DNA of 50,581 nt, counting the filler, from Circinaria calcarea (lineage: Eukaryota), in assembly GCA_051942165.1 (NCBI GenBank). It is 3 parts of 3 records of this genome, joined end to end, with 100 filler letters (N's around TTAATTAATTAA, not from the genome) between each part and the next. Parts side by side here need not be neighbours in the genome. Positions count along the whole stretch, not along the records: positions 16,904 to 33,698 come from JAVECS010000301.1; positions 33,799 to 50,581 come from JAVECS010000302.1; 1 more part is not named here. One strand, given 5' to 3'. The first letter of the stretch is position 1. Every line of letters starts with the position of its first letter. Below the pieces are notes generated by a model. It was not told the origin of the DNA, did no database searches, and saw only the letters and a program-made list of their open reading frames with translations. The position numbers and the translations under genes were made by a program. Below are positions 22,124-34,764 of this stretch, in pieces.

Positions 22124-25100
22124 CTACGGCAAGGTTGCATTGAGAAGGAGTTTCCTCGACGAGCTACCGACGTAGGCCGTCTTAGTGTAGTTGGTGATCA
22201 CCCAGTTCTGGGATGCGGGATCCCAGTTGGAAACATCTCGGCGAGTTATGTCAGCATTGAAGGTGGCTGACGTTCCTGGCTGAATGGACAATCGCTCAAA
22301 GTTTCGGAGGACAATCTTGGCATCGTAGGGTCCACCTAACGAGAGATACTGTTTTATCTGTTAGCAGAAAACGGGATGATGTCAGCGAGGGGACCCTATA
22401 CCAATTGCGGCACTTCTTCACCGGCGACTCTCCCGGTGTTCGTAATCGTGGCAGTCACTTGATAAAGTACATCCCAAAGCTGTGGGTTCCCTCCTGGCGC
22501 TCCACCAGCCGCGACCCTCGGCTGCGGTGAGCTGTCCTGCGCTCCCTCGGGTATAAACCCGGGCAAGCCGTAGTTATCCTCGTCAGCTGAGGCTCTGAGG
22601 TCTGTGCTGTTGAGATAAGGATAGATATATGTTGCAATCCGCGTGATGTTAGATGGGAATACATAATCAGCGGTGTTGTTGCTTATGCTTCCAAAGGTGG
22701 GTGCTGCAGCAGTCATGCCAGTGGTTGGCGTGTAGGGACCAGCCTGAGTCCTGGTAATCTGCAAATTGGAGTAACTGAAAGTCGTGTAGCTGAGACCGAA
22801 GCCAAACTCGTATACGGGTTCAATGTTGGCGCGATCCAGTGCCCTATAATCAATAAAGATACCCTCTGTGAAGTCGGTCTGGGGAACCGGGGCGTTGGGT
22901 TCATAAAGCAAGTCGCTGCCGTAGTCTTCCCGCCTCGCAGCCAAGGTGAAGGGCAATTTAGCTCCAGGGTTGACCCGTCCGTACAAAACATCAGCAATAG
23001 CATTACCAGACTGCTCGCCTGGAATACCAGCCCATAGGATTGCGGTTACGTTGGGGTTGGTGGAATAGTTGCCTAGGAGGACTGCGCCAACTGAATGTAC
23101 AACGACGATGGTGTTGTTGCATAGTGCCGACACATTCTGGATCAGGGTGTCCCCATCAACCCACAATGTCAAATTGTTTCGATCGCCCACGTTACCATCC
23201 ACCGTGATAAATCCTTCACCGCTGTCGGCGTTGACAAAGACCATCGCCACGCTAGCTCGGCTGGCAAGTAACTGAATTTGAGTATAGGCATAATTGTTAG
23301 TGATAGATTCAAATGCTCCACCATTGGCGACAACCACGTTCTGGATCCCCGTCTCTGGAGTAACCAAGTAGGCGAAGTTTGCAGTTCCGCTTCCCCAGGC
23401 CATCCCGAGAGTTCCATTGTCACATCCCCGGTCAGGGCAGCCTAAACAAGAGTTAGTGCTTTTGTGTCGAGGGCATCCAACATATAAGCATACCGTTAGG
23501 ACCGTCTGGATTATTGCCCGCATCCTCTCCGAAGACAGCTGTTAGTTTTTCTTTTCCAGTCAATGGTAAAACATTGTTTGTGTTCTTTAGTAGAACCGTA
23601 CTCGCTGATGCTAGGGTTCGAGCAAGGGCACCATGATCACCACGAACATCCACATGCTCATTGACCAATCGCAAGTTTTGTTTTGCAACAAAATGTTGGT
23701 AACCGTAAGTGTCTAGGGTCCAGGAGTCAAAGTTGATTGGAACAGCTGCAGTGTCACGTCCTACGTAATACCAAGCGGCAATGATGCGAACTGCTGCATC
23801 GTCCAATCGCCACTGCGGAACTGTCCCGTTAAGGACGGCCACAGTGAGATTGGGACCCCAATACGACGTTGACGAAACGAATTGGGCATCACCGGGCATG
23901 GTCATATCCAAGCCAGCCAGAGCACTAGCCACTCCCGAGTGCTGGGCCGCCCAATCACTCATGACGAACCCCTGGAAGTCGAGCTCGCCTTTCAAAATGT
24001 AGTTGAGCAAATAACTATTTTCGCAAGCATAGCTGTTGTTGAGTTGTTGATACTATAGCGTAATCAGTAAAGATCGCTGGTATCTCTGCTTAATCACTTA
24101 CCGAGCACATGATAGAAGCCGTCCCAGCACGGATGGCATCAGCGAATGGCCTATAGTGGTCAGCCCAGCATACGTACAGCTCTTGTCGCATGCCTTACCA
24201 AAGGTACAACTCGTGCAGCGTAACATCGTCGATGTTTGAGCTTGAACTGTCGGTGATGTTATAGCCTTGCTGGGGAGCCTGGCGGAAATGCTCTTGCTCG
24301 TTTCCAAGCAAATGCTTGGTACACGCCATCACTCCGCTGGATTGGATACCTTGCACAGTCTGGGCGATTAGGATACCGGTGAGAACTGGATCAGGACTGA
24401 AGCCTTCCCAGTTGCGGCCCCCTGCAGGCGAGCGACCCAGTGGACCTGCAACGGGGGCCAGATCGACATCAACGCCCTTGAGCTGGTGCTCCTTTCCCAT
24501 GGCAGCACCTCGAGCGTACGCAAGCCCGCGGTCCCATGTGGCGGCCGCATTGATGCCGGCGGGGAAGACAGTGTTGAAGTCGGCTACGTGGTCTCAATTA
24601 GAGACATCCAGAGGTAATCTTCCCCTCGATGACTTACTGAACCGAACACCCACCGGCGAGTCTTGCATACACATGCTCCTGAAGCCCAATCTCGGGATCG
24701 CCCCATTCTGACCGACACAACGTTCTCCCTGCCACCTGTCACCACCATCAGTACCTTTGCGTGCCTTTCTCTACCTCGACATTCATACCCGACTCCAGTA
24801 GTGAGGTTGACCTTCTCAGTCAGGGTCAGTTGACTAACGAAGTCTCGCGCCTTGGCGTAAGCGTCGGCCCAGTCCCCCGAGCCGCTCATCCATGGCGACG
24901 GATATTTAGGAGGCGATCTTTGAAAACTCCTCGACCCAGCGATAGTCGCTGGGTTGGGAGACTCGAAACCGGGATATGTGGTGTTGGGGAACTAGCCAGA
25001 GATCAGAAGAGCATCGATCTGTTACTTTGCAGACGACGGCTGGCTTACCGGTGCCGTGCGGTTATCTTGACAATCCACAGCTTGGAGGATGATGGCGCCT

Positions 25101-25141
25101 GCCGCCGCTAGTGCGACGGGCTTGAGGTTGAGCAGCCACAT
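22124..25141 (-). CDS. Secreted GH3 beta-glucosidase (BglA/Cel3A-like), 8 exons
   Basis: Signal peptide [30 protein letters not shown], nucleophile motif GFVMSDW, acid/base ADSGEG, C-terminal Fn3-like domain. Exons 25141-25049, 24991-24789, 24735-24638, 24583-24199, 24150-24102, 24052-23494, 23441-22402, 22348-22124. Confidence 0.96.
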
Positions 25142-26813
25142 CTTGGATGACGTGCAGCGATGGAGATCAACCGTCGACTATGGTAGAACGACAGCCACCC
25201 CAAGAGATGGAGCGATAATGGATGCCGGGGAAAAAAGTAAACCGAGATATCTCTCACCAGCACAGCGAGGAGAGGAAGCGTATGTTTATACCAAAAGGCT
25301 TTTGCCCGGCTTGCAAGGATCCAAGCTGTGTAAACAGGCCCCCCAACAACAATGACGACCGAGATCCCTTCCCCCCCTAATCTGGCCTTGACCCCGCATG
25401 GTAGCGTGTTGTACTCCGCAGGCACCGGTATTCTTGGGTCCAACCGTTTTCTACTTCTGAGTTCCGACTACGCGGAGCATGCACACATAGGCTAATTGGG
25501 AAAATCGGCAGAAGTCTACCGTAATCGATGAATGATCTGAAAGACGAAGGATCAAAGCATCCAAAGCTCGTATTCTTGGAAGCCTCGCTCCCCTCGTCAA
25601 GCCAACCAGGCGGAATCTTCGCCCGCCCTAGAGGATGGAGGAGGTTTATTCCCCTCACCCGTTGCTCGCTTTTCCTACTTCCAGCGTACATGTGGTGGAA
25701 TCGAAACGTCATGAATGTGGGCCCCGTCCACGGAAAGGAAGATGGAGCTTTTGGCCGATGCGCAACTAGGAAAGTCCAGTCGGCCTTTAGCCGGGGAAAA
25801 GGCCATACCGTCCGCCCATTATTGGCAAGAATCCTGTCAGCTTTGCCCATGTTCTCTTTCCTTCTTCAGCGTTGTGGCTTTCGCGGGGTTTTCGTGTGCA
25901 AGGGGTGCAGCGCTCCTTCCGAGGCTTGTCCCGCATATATTCCCTTCCTTCTCGAACTCGACGGACCTCTCAGCCCCAATACAAAGTATGTACCCCACAA
26001 TTTAATCTTCCGATGTTTTTACCGCCGTTAGTGCTCCATGCTTGATAGTCCCAACTAATTATTTCGTTCGTGGAATTATCGGAAATATCAGAAATCCGCA
26101 GCAATATCGGGTGTTGGTGCTGTCCTTCCATTTCCTCACCGCCCGCCGGGAGCATCCATGAGGCGAGATCTGGGGTTTGAGACAACCTCTTCAATATGCG
26201 ACTGCCTGTTTTGGCGCTTTGATTCCTCGAGTACCGTACCCTCGTACTTCTCCGCTGAGCCTGCCTGTCATGTGCAGCAAAGTACCGGGCCAACGCACAC
26301 ATCCCCTGCACGCTAATGTATGATCACGAGTTTACCAGCGATGCTATTAGTGCTGTTTCTACTGGCTCTCAGACATTCTCCGAGCAGCATGTACCGTCTT
26401 ATGCATCAGGCGACTGAAATGGATTCCCGCCGTTTCACCGCGCTGCGGGGATACGTTCTCGGCAAGCCAAAATGATACCATACAGCGAGTGTCTGCGGAG
26501 CCGACGGCGACCCGGATCACACAAGGAAACAGAGATCTCCGGATGGGAAATGGCCTAATGCAATGAACTCCATGGTCATTTCTCGCTTGAGGCGCCGGAG
26601 AGATCTCCACGTGGTATAAGAGACCAACGCGATGGGTCAGACCACATTGGTCTTACCAGACCATCGACTGTTGCCTGTTGTAAGGCCAGGCCATAGCACA
26701 TGCAGGAACAATGTGCGGAATAAGCCTGACGTGAGCTTCATAAACACTTACCAGTTCATATTGCTAGCTATAGAGTGGTAGAGAAAGATCTCGCTAGTTC
26801 GCAGCTATGTCGC

Positions 26814-27791
26814 TTATTCGCCTTTGATGGGTAACCGGTTTTTGGCTGGCGCAATGTCCTCCTGCGTGCCGCTAGCAATTGCAAGCCCTTCAAGTATTTC
26901 TTCGGCCATGATATATACCATGTAGCTTGGGAGGACCAGCCAAGCACCACTTCAGGGAATCAGTAAATCAATTTCTTCAATCTGGATCGGGGATATTTAC
27001 TTGGGGATTATCCACAGGAAAATCAAGGAAAGAGCATCGTTATGCCCTACGTTCGCGAAGCCGGCAAAGGCCTCATTCAGCGCTAGTGAAGTTGGTTAGC
27101 AACCTAACCCAAACTTATTCGATTTGCCACATCGAAGAGTTGAAGCCCAGTGCCAAAACCGATCATACTCACCATATAACATAGTCTTACTGACCGTCAT
27201 CGCGGCCATTGCAAACCCCACGAGTGCCGCGACTCCGGCCGCCTTTCCCCTTACGCTCCTCGCCGCACCAACCCACCCTACCGTCTTCAAGCTCGGCGCC
27301 CCTCTTCCCTCCACGGAACCCTCCTCCTGCCCATAATTCCACACAACCCACAAATAGAGCATGTATCCCGCACTCTCCACCAGATTCATCGCCGCTTGCG
27401 CAGACGTAAACCCGTTGCGCGCATTCCAAGCCGGGAATCCATAGATGTAATCCACCGTTCCGTAAAGGCCGTACGGCGTCCAGATGGGCGAGTGCAAGGC
27501 GCCGCCGGGCATCGTGTGCGGGCGCATCAGGACGTAGCCCGTGTCCCAGAAGACGAGCGGGAGGGATATCAGCAGCCAGATGAGGGTAAGGTTCGAAGGC
27601 GTATGTTTCCATATTGTTGGCTCCGGGGTACTCCGCTTTAGGGCTGATTGGGGCTCGCTCTTGGTTGGGGAGGACGAAGGCGGAGGAGAAGAGGAATCGG
27701 CGGTCGTGCTTCGCGTGGAGCGGGGTAAAGGTTTGGTCGGGGAAGAGGTCTGCGGAGGGATTGTGGACGGGTGAGATCGTGTGGAGACCAT
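26814..27791 (-). CDS. EXPERA/emopamil-binding-like integral membrane protein, 3 exons
   Basis: WDTGYVLMRP...WTPYGLYGTVDYIYG...GFTSAQ...SKTMLY...LWIIPNGAWLV. Exons 27791-27173, 27082-27001, 26949-26814 splice in frame. Confidence 0.8.
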
Positions 27792-28516
27792 TTTCTGAGG
27801 AAGGAGCTGGCTGGCTGCGGTGGGCCGATCGGTCCTGTTAGATAATTTGTACGAAAAGTACCTGGGTAAGGTAAGGTAAAAGAACCCAGCTGTGCTGATG
27901 GATTGGATTTCCGCGACCGGCGGTTCTCGATGGAAAGCGTAAGGAGATGGATGTTCAGCGCTCTATCTAAGAAGCTGGGAGTGGTCGTATCCGATATCAA
28001 TTGTAACTATTCCAAAGGTTCTTTGTTCAGCACATCAAGGTTCTCCGTGCGCCCCTGTCTTGTGTATACGTACCACTGCTGTCGCATCGCCCCTTTGCAA
28101 ATGAAACCCTCGAATGCAAAGCCCCCCTCTTCGTTTTAGTTTACATAGCACGTGAGGGGCCTTTCTTCCTGCACGAGGTGGACAGACCCTAGCATGATGG
28201 TCGTAAGGCGCTCTTTGCTATGCGCTTAGGGTACCGTATCTATTTGCTTTTATAGGTTTGCATATTCTATCTATTTGGGGGAGATGCCTCGGTGTGTTTT
28301 TTTGGTTATTCCAAGTAAAGGATAGAAACTATTCTAGGGCCGAGGGACGGAACAGAGAAAATTACCCAACTACATCTGCTATAGATGACCGAGGCGTATA
28401 AATGACGGACAGTACAACACCGATAATGTCTTTTCATTCTGCAGCAGAGTCCATACCTGAGCTTACGGAATCCGCTTGTCCACTGGTAAAGGTGTTCCTT
28501 GTGGTATTCTCAACTG

Positions 28517-29482
28517 TCATGTTTTGGTGTTTCCTCCCCGGGGCAATTTCACTTTCCTCGAGAGCTCCTCTCTGAACTCACGTCTCTCATCCCATTCATT
28601 AATCCTAGTGAACCAAAAATAAAAATCAGCATTTAGTACAAAGGCCGTTAACCCCCTCACTTGCCCCACCGCTGCGAGTAGGGACTTTTGTTCCTCCCAA
28701 GGCGCACACCCCAGGTCCAAGGTAAGGCTGAGCTCACGCAAGGCAGTCATTTGATTTGCGATAAGTTCCCACGCGTCAGGCCAGGCGATATTATTCAATA
28801 TGCAGCCCTGTGACCTACTCTTATAAATGTATGTCGGTAGTGTGGTCTTAAGCTGCAGGTATCTGATGTTGGCCATGCAATAGGAGGGAACGGTCTGATT
28901 GAGATAAAGAAGGTGTTCAAGATTGGCGATGTCGAAAGTGTTGGTACCATAAAAGAGGGCGGTGCCTTCCTGGTAGATTTGCCGGCACGTCCGGAGAAGG
29001 CCGATGTCGAGGGGTTTATCGAGTCCTTCAATTAGATCGCTTGGGACGTCCACGACACCGTGATGGGGTAACGCGCGCTGTTCCAAATACACTCGCGTCC
29101 AGTCCCAGCTTGATGAGCGGATACGCTCGGGCATTTCTGAGCGAGCTGAGTAAAGGACGTGAGATTGAGTCAAGCATAGCTCCGTACGACCACGAGGCTT
29201 GACGTCGAGGTAGATTATAAAGCGATCGACGAATAGGTGGGAGTAAATCTGCTGCCGAAGCTCGAATGGAAGACGGAGGAAGCCGACTACTTCACTCTTG
29301 GGGAAGAGCGGACCGCTGGAGACACTGGAGAGGGCACTAGCAGAGGGTTGGGTAATGTGCTCTTTGCGAGTGTTTTTGAATGTACGTTTCGATAGTGGAG
29401 GATTCCTCCATTCTTTAAAGCCTCGATAGGCCTTGTAGCCATATCTGAACGGAGCCGTAACACAATCCCCCAGCGTAAACAT
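28517..29482 (-). CDS. Fungal hypothetical protein, DUF7730/F-box-like
   Basis: First ATG at 29482. FLRLPFELRQQIY and LLRTCRQIYQEGTALFYGTNTFDI motifs are typical of this expanded fungal family. Confidence 0.78.
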   Translation of the reverse strand: MFTLGDCVTAPFRYGYKAYRGFKEWRNPPLSKRTFKNTRKEHITQPSASALSSVSSGPLFPKSEVVGFLRLPFELRQQIYSHLFVDRFIIYLDVKPRGRTELCLTQSHVLYSARSEMPERIRSSSWDWTRVYLEQRALPHHGVVDVPSDLIEGLDKPLDIGLLRTCRQIYQEGTALFYGTNTFDIANLEHLLYLNQTVPSYCMANIRYLQLKTTLPTYIYKSRSQGCILNNIAWPDAWELIANQMTALRELSLTLDLGCAPWEEQKSLLAAVGQVRGLTAFVLNADFYFWFTRINEWDERREFREELSRKVKLPRGGNTKT

Positions 29483-29879
29483 GAGAGAATATAGTGTATA
29501 CACAGTGATAGATCCGGATAGGCTCTCAGAACTTTGCGGTGCCGCTTGGTAAGAAATGAGTTCCACCAATTTCGCTCAATGATGCGTTGAACGAAGCTCT
29601 AATATGAACTCCCCAGTTAACAGTTTATAACACCAAATGTTGATAAGATGAAGCAAGCTCCTGGAAGGCACTTGACGGAGTCCTCGCACAAAAAACGACC
29701 GAAGCAAACCAAAAAAAATAGAAAAGACAGATATATGATGGACGCTATCATACATATCTCCCGACTACTGCCTATGTGCGGATATATCCCAAAGTTGCGT
29801 GCGAAGATCTACGACTTTTGATTGGAGGGCAAACAGATGCCTTGGCCAAGCCAAACTAGACCGCTTTACATCGACTTTA

Positions 29880-30471
29880 GGGCCTGTTTGGTGGCACCGA
29901 TTTGTCGTCTCGATTTGTTGAAAACGTATTGTTGGACCCTGAAATTGCCAAGTGACCGTTTGGCTGGACCAATTTGTTAGATTTCAATAATCTATTGTTC
30001 AGAACGTATTGTCAGGCTTCACCAAAAATTTAGTCTTGGCAACAAGTTGATCGGGACCTACTTCTTGAAATAGATAACTTATTCTTTTTTTAGCGCGATA
30101 TGTATATTGATTATAAATCCACGTATTAACTATAGCATAGTAATGCGCCAACGTTAGATTTTTATAATTTTCGATTGCGTGAATCCTTTTCTTAAGGCCT
30201 TTCATACGCCTTAATTATTTGAAAACTTCAACGTTGGCGCATTAAGCTGTTATGTATAGCTTCAAATCCCCATTACGAAGGGGTAATTTACTAATAATTA
30301 GTATAGTTATTGGCCCCTTGCTAGGGGGAAGATTTAGCGGCAATAAGAAACTCGGAATTGAACGCGCCAAACGCTCAACTATAATTTCAGACAATAGATT
30401 GTTTCGAACGATTTATCAACAATACGTTGTCAACAAATCGATACGACAAATCGGTGCCACCAAACAGGCCC
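29880..30471. mobile_element. MITE, PIF/Harbinger (Tourist-like), 592 bp
   Basis: 55-bp TIRs (29880-29934, 30417-30471; 2 mismatches) starting GGGCCTGTTTGG; TTA on both flanks (29877-29879, 30472-30474); AT-rich interior with no recognisable coding remnant. Confidence 0.9.
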
Positions 30472-31276
30472 TTAAATTACATAACAGAGAAGATCGTTGC
30501 TGGGCTTGGCTGCGCTTAGCTTTACTTCACCTTGATCGATTACCGGTGGCATACCTTTCCTGTACTGAGGCTTACCTATTATTTTATTTTCCTTAAGGTT
30601 AGAAGGGAGATCGGCTCGGTGGGGACGATATGAGAAGGGTGGAGGGTCGTGATTCAACGGCGGGACAGGGAGAGCTACTATTGGAAAGGGAGAGAAGCCA
30701 GAGAGGCAGGCACAATTGGAGGGAACTGGGGGTATAGTCGATGTCTGTCACGAAAGGAAGGATATGTGTACAACCACCCAAGATGATGATAACGCTCTGG
30801 GTTCCTTCAGGAGTGGGAACACAATCTCAACTTCTTTCTCACTTAGGTACTGCGTTTGAACCATATGAAGCGCTCTATTAGTTTGAGCATTGGAAGACCC
30901 AACCTGAGGATTCGTGCGGTTATACTCCTACTTTGTATATAAATTGAGATAAACTCGACATTGAGCGACCATTGATTTCGATTAGGAGAAAAAGGACCTG
31001 GAAGGCTATTGGACGACCGATGACATTATCGAAGTTCTTCCAGGAACGCGTCCAAAATACACAGCGGCAGTAGTCTAACTAAATAGAGCATTAAGCTATC
31101 CAGATAGAGTCTTTCTCCAGAATTCTATATATTCAAGTTTATCTATTACCTTGCCAAATAAATCGTTTCGATGTCTTTTGCATTATCCTTGCCGAAGAAA
31201 CCTATTCCTTTGGTCAAGAGTGCGGTTGTCTGTAGATGCATACTACTACAGCCACTTGACAGCGGATTTTCGAGTA

Positions 31277-33398
31277 ATGGCTCTCAAGCCGCGTGTCATT
31301 TACTGGATGCGGACTGACCTGCGTCTACATGACTCTCCTGCCTTGAAGGCGGCCCTTGATCTGGAGCCTGAATGTCTATACCCTATCTGGTGCTGGGATC
31401 CGCATTATGTATACCGCGCTCGAGTCGGGCCCAACCGGTGGCAATACTTGTGAGATACGCAAGATCCCAATGATGATGCTGCCTTCCTAACGGAGAATTC
31501 CTACTGCTAGACTTGACTGTTTATCCGATGTCTCGACGTCGATCACGAAACTCAATCCTAAATCCAAGCTCCATGTTATTAGAGAAGCACCTCAAACACT
31601 ACTGCCGAAGCTCTTCGGCGCTTGGCGGATTTCGCATCTCGTTTTCGAAAAGGATACAGATGCTTATGCACGGGAGCGGGATATAGCAGTAGTGAGATTG
31701 GCACAGGTTGTGGGTGTGGAGGTTATTATGAGAACGGGGAGGACGTTATATGATCCTGATGAGTTGGTAAAGAACAACGGAGGGAAGCCGACGATGAGCA
31801 TCTCTCAAATGGAGAAGGTGAGATTTTCTCCGTATGTTGTATGAACGGATACTGATTCAATAATAAGGCGGGTGCTAAGATTGGCAAAATCGTAAAACCA
31901 ATACCGGCACCCAAGAGCCTCCCAGATCCAGGCAACACCACGCTTGATTTTGAGCAAGAGAAACCATTTCAAAAACCTGATTATAATGCCATCCAGCGCA
32001 ATGGTGATGAGGTCTCGTATGCAAACCTTACAGGGCCTCGCGGGGATTTTGCGGTGCCGACAATGAATGAACTAGGCCTAAAGAAAGCTACGACATCGCA
32101 CAGAGGAGGAGAGACAGTGGCATTGCAAACTCTCGATAGGATCATTGCCGACGAGTTTTATACGGCCACCTTCGAGAAACCCAAGACCGCACCTACAGCC
32201 TTTTCGCCTCAGGCTACAACTTTGTTGAGCCCACATCTTCATTTCGGCTCCCTAAGTTGCAAAGAATTCTATTGGCGTGTTCAAGATGTTGTTGATAAGT
32301 ATAAGGGTAAGGCTTCGCAGCCTCCGGTTAGTCTAACTGGGCAACTACTGTTCAGGGACATGTACTTTGGCGCTCAAGCTCGGCTTGGCTGGATGTTCGG
32401 CCAAACTGTAGGGAATAGTCATTGTCGCTTCGTTCCATGGCATCTTCGAAGTAAGATTGACGAGAAGAACGGCCTTATAACTGGAGAGTACGACATAGAT
32501 AGCGAGCAGGCCGAGGAGTGGTTTCAGCGATGGAAGTTCGGCCGTACAGGTTTCCCTTGGATCGATGCGATTATGCGGCAGCTGAGATATGAAGGCTGGA
32601 TTCACCATCTGGCGCGGCACGCAGTGGCTTGCTTTTTGACAAGAGGGGGGTGTTACATTGACTGGGAAAGAGGTGCTGAGGTCTTTGAAGAATGGCTCAT
32701 TGACGTTCGTTTAGCAGGCCTCTGGTTCGCAAATATTGCTAATATGCCTTTAGCACGAGGCCGCCTCCAACATAGGCAATTGGCAGTGGCTGTCTTGTAC
32801 GGCATTCTACGCCCAATTCTACCGATGCTATTCTCCAGTTGCATTTCCACAAAAGACCGATAAGGAGGGAGCGTTCGTCCGCCACTTTGTCCCAGAGCTC
32901 AAGGATTATCCAGTCAAGTATATATATGAACCATGGAAGGCGCCAATTCAGGATCAGAGGAAAGCAGGTTGTCTCATCAAGGGTGACGGTACTGAAGAAG
33001 AGATCAATGGCGTGAATACATATCCGAAGCCTATATTCGATTTCCCAGAACGCAGGACTATATGCATAGAAGGCATCAAGAAAGCGTATTCGGTCAACCT
33101 CTATGGAAACGACCCTCGTGTCTTGGATGGAACCTGGCGGAAGTTCTTCAGTGATACAGGGGAAGGCCCAACGGAAGGCACGAACAACGTAGATGCTATT
33201 ATGGGGAATCAGAAGATCAGAAGAGATGTTAACATGGAGAAGGAAGATCAAGGTGTCGGTGAAGCGGAGGGAGGCGCAGCTGATTTAGGCGGTGACAACA
33301 AGGGTGGTGATAAGGAGGGCAACAGGAGGAAGAGAGGAAAGCAAAACGGGACCTTGGATGCATTTCTTACCTCTAAAAAGTTGCGAAAGATCAATTGA
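31277..33398 (+). CDS. (6-4) photolyase / animal-type cryptochrome family protein, 4 exons
   Basis: YWMRTDLRLHDSPAL, LLSPHLHFGSLS, GRTGFPWIDA, GWIHHLARHAVACFLTRG, NIGNWQWLS. Exons 31277-31449, 31511-31817, 31868-32704, 32754-33398. Confidence 0.95.
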
Positions 33399-33698
33399 CC
33401 AACTGATGCGTTTAGTGAGTAACTGAGCGTGTTCTACAACGAACCTATATATCAGAGAGCAGTTTCGTTGTTAGGAAACGTCCCTTGGTCGCTCCAGAAC
33501 ACGCCCCAAGGGAAGACCGTGTCCTAGCGGGGACTACCAGCGGACATGACCAACAGCACAGACAAGAAGTCATTCCGTTGACTGAAGGACTGTTTCCACT
33601 CAACTTGTCTCTTTTCGCCATGTTTTCGGAAGAGAAAGAGCAACGTTTAAAAGCCTTACTCATTGAAAGTTTCGGGCCATATGTTGATCATGGGCACC

Positions 33699-33798
33699 NN
33701 NNNNNNNNNNNNNNNNNNNNNNNNNNNNNNNNNNNNNNNNNNTTAATTAATTAANNNNNNNNNNNNNNNNNNNNNNNNNNNNNNNNNNNNNNNNNNNN
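33699..33798. other. Artificial contig spacer N44-TTAATTAATTAA-N44
   Basis: Identical to the spacer at 16804. Confidence 0.97.
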
Positions 33799-34764
33799 CC
33801 GACTGTCACCGCACAACACGAACGGCTCAACTCGGAGATGATCTCCCATACAAGTTCGAGCACCAATAGTCTATCACGCGGAACCAAACCGCCAAAGCCG
33901 ATCCCGCACCGCCTCTACCTTAATCCCTAGCGACCGACGGATCCCCTGTTTTAACGACCCCCTTACGACCCAAGAGATTCACCATCATGTATCCCCTGAT
34001 ATGTCGCTACGACATAGTTCAGCATTGTCGGTCTTGGCATTCCAACCAGAGCACAATTCCCCAGTTAGCATCAATCTCAAAGTACACAACATGGCTTGTT
34101 CATAGATGTAGCACGAGATGGTTCGAGAGACAAGACTTTACTCTGTGTACCTCTCCAAAGTCTACCCAAATTGCAATGGAGTTTCTCCTATACCAAGGAT
34201 CCCTAATTGATGCTCAAACTTGACGTATCGTGCCATGACAAACCATCTCATGCAAATCATGAAGTTATCTGCTCGGAGGGGGTGAGCCATTGCTGAAGGT
34301 GATAGAATGATGTCGAGAACGCTCCCCCACCCCCCCTGTTCGGATTACATCTCGCCAAGTGTTGTGAACGTATAGAACTTTGGTTAGAAGAGTTAATCTC
34401 TAGGGTACTGGACAACTCCCATACATTAAATGTCTCTTATCCGGAATGCACAACCCTCTCGACTGTGATCGTAGATATATGCAATATTAGCCTTTTTTTT
34501 CCGCAGGAAAAACAATGGCTCAACATGCGGCCTAAATCTGTATTAAAGGTGGAATAGCACCAGTACGATACCCATAATATTGTACCTTCGCTTGTCTAAA
34601 GTTTACATAATTTCTATCAAGTCGAAGGAAATTATTCGAGGCAGCAGATGCTCGGTATCATGCCTAAAGAGTGTGCATATTAATAATTATAATTCGATCA
34701 TCAATTCTTCGTTTGGGGTCTCAACATTGGGACGGTAACGTCAAGAAATACAACTGTTGCAACT

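Noticed and set aside
25142..26800. XlnR (GGCTAA, ~25490) and CreA (SYGGRG) sites in the GH3 promoter; 167-aa ORF 25528-26031
   Set aside because: Short motifs are expected by chance; the ORF has no recognisable features.
29999..30205. 68-aa ORF inside the MITE as a transposase remnant
   Set aside because: No DDE or Myb-like residues recognisable; AT-rich chance ORF.
17488..33398. OPT, GH3, EXPERA-like and photolyase genes as a functional cluster
   Set aside because: No backbone enzyme, pathway regulator or shared pathway; looks like an ordinary gene neighbourhood.
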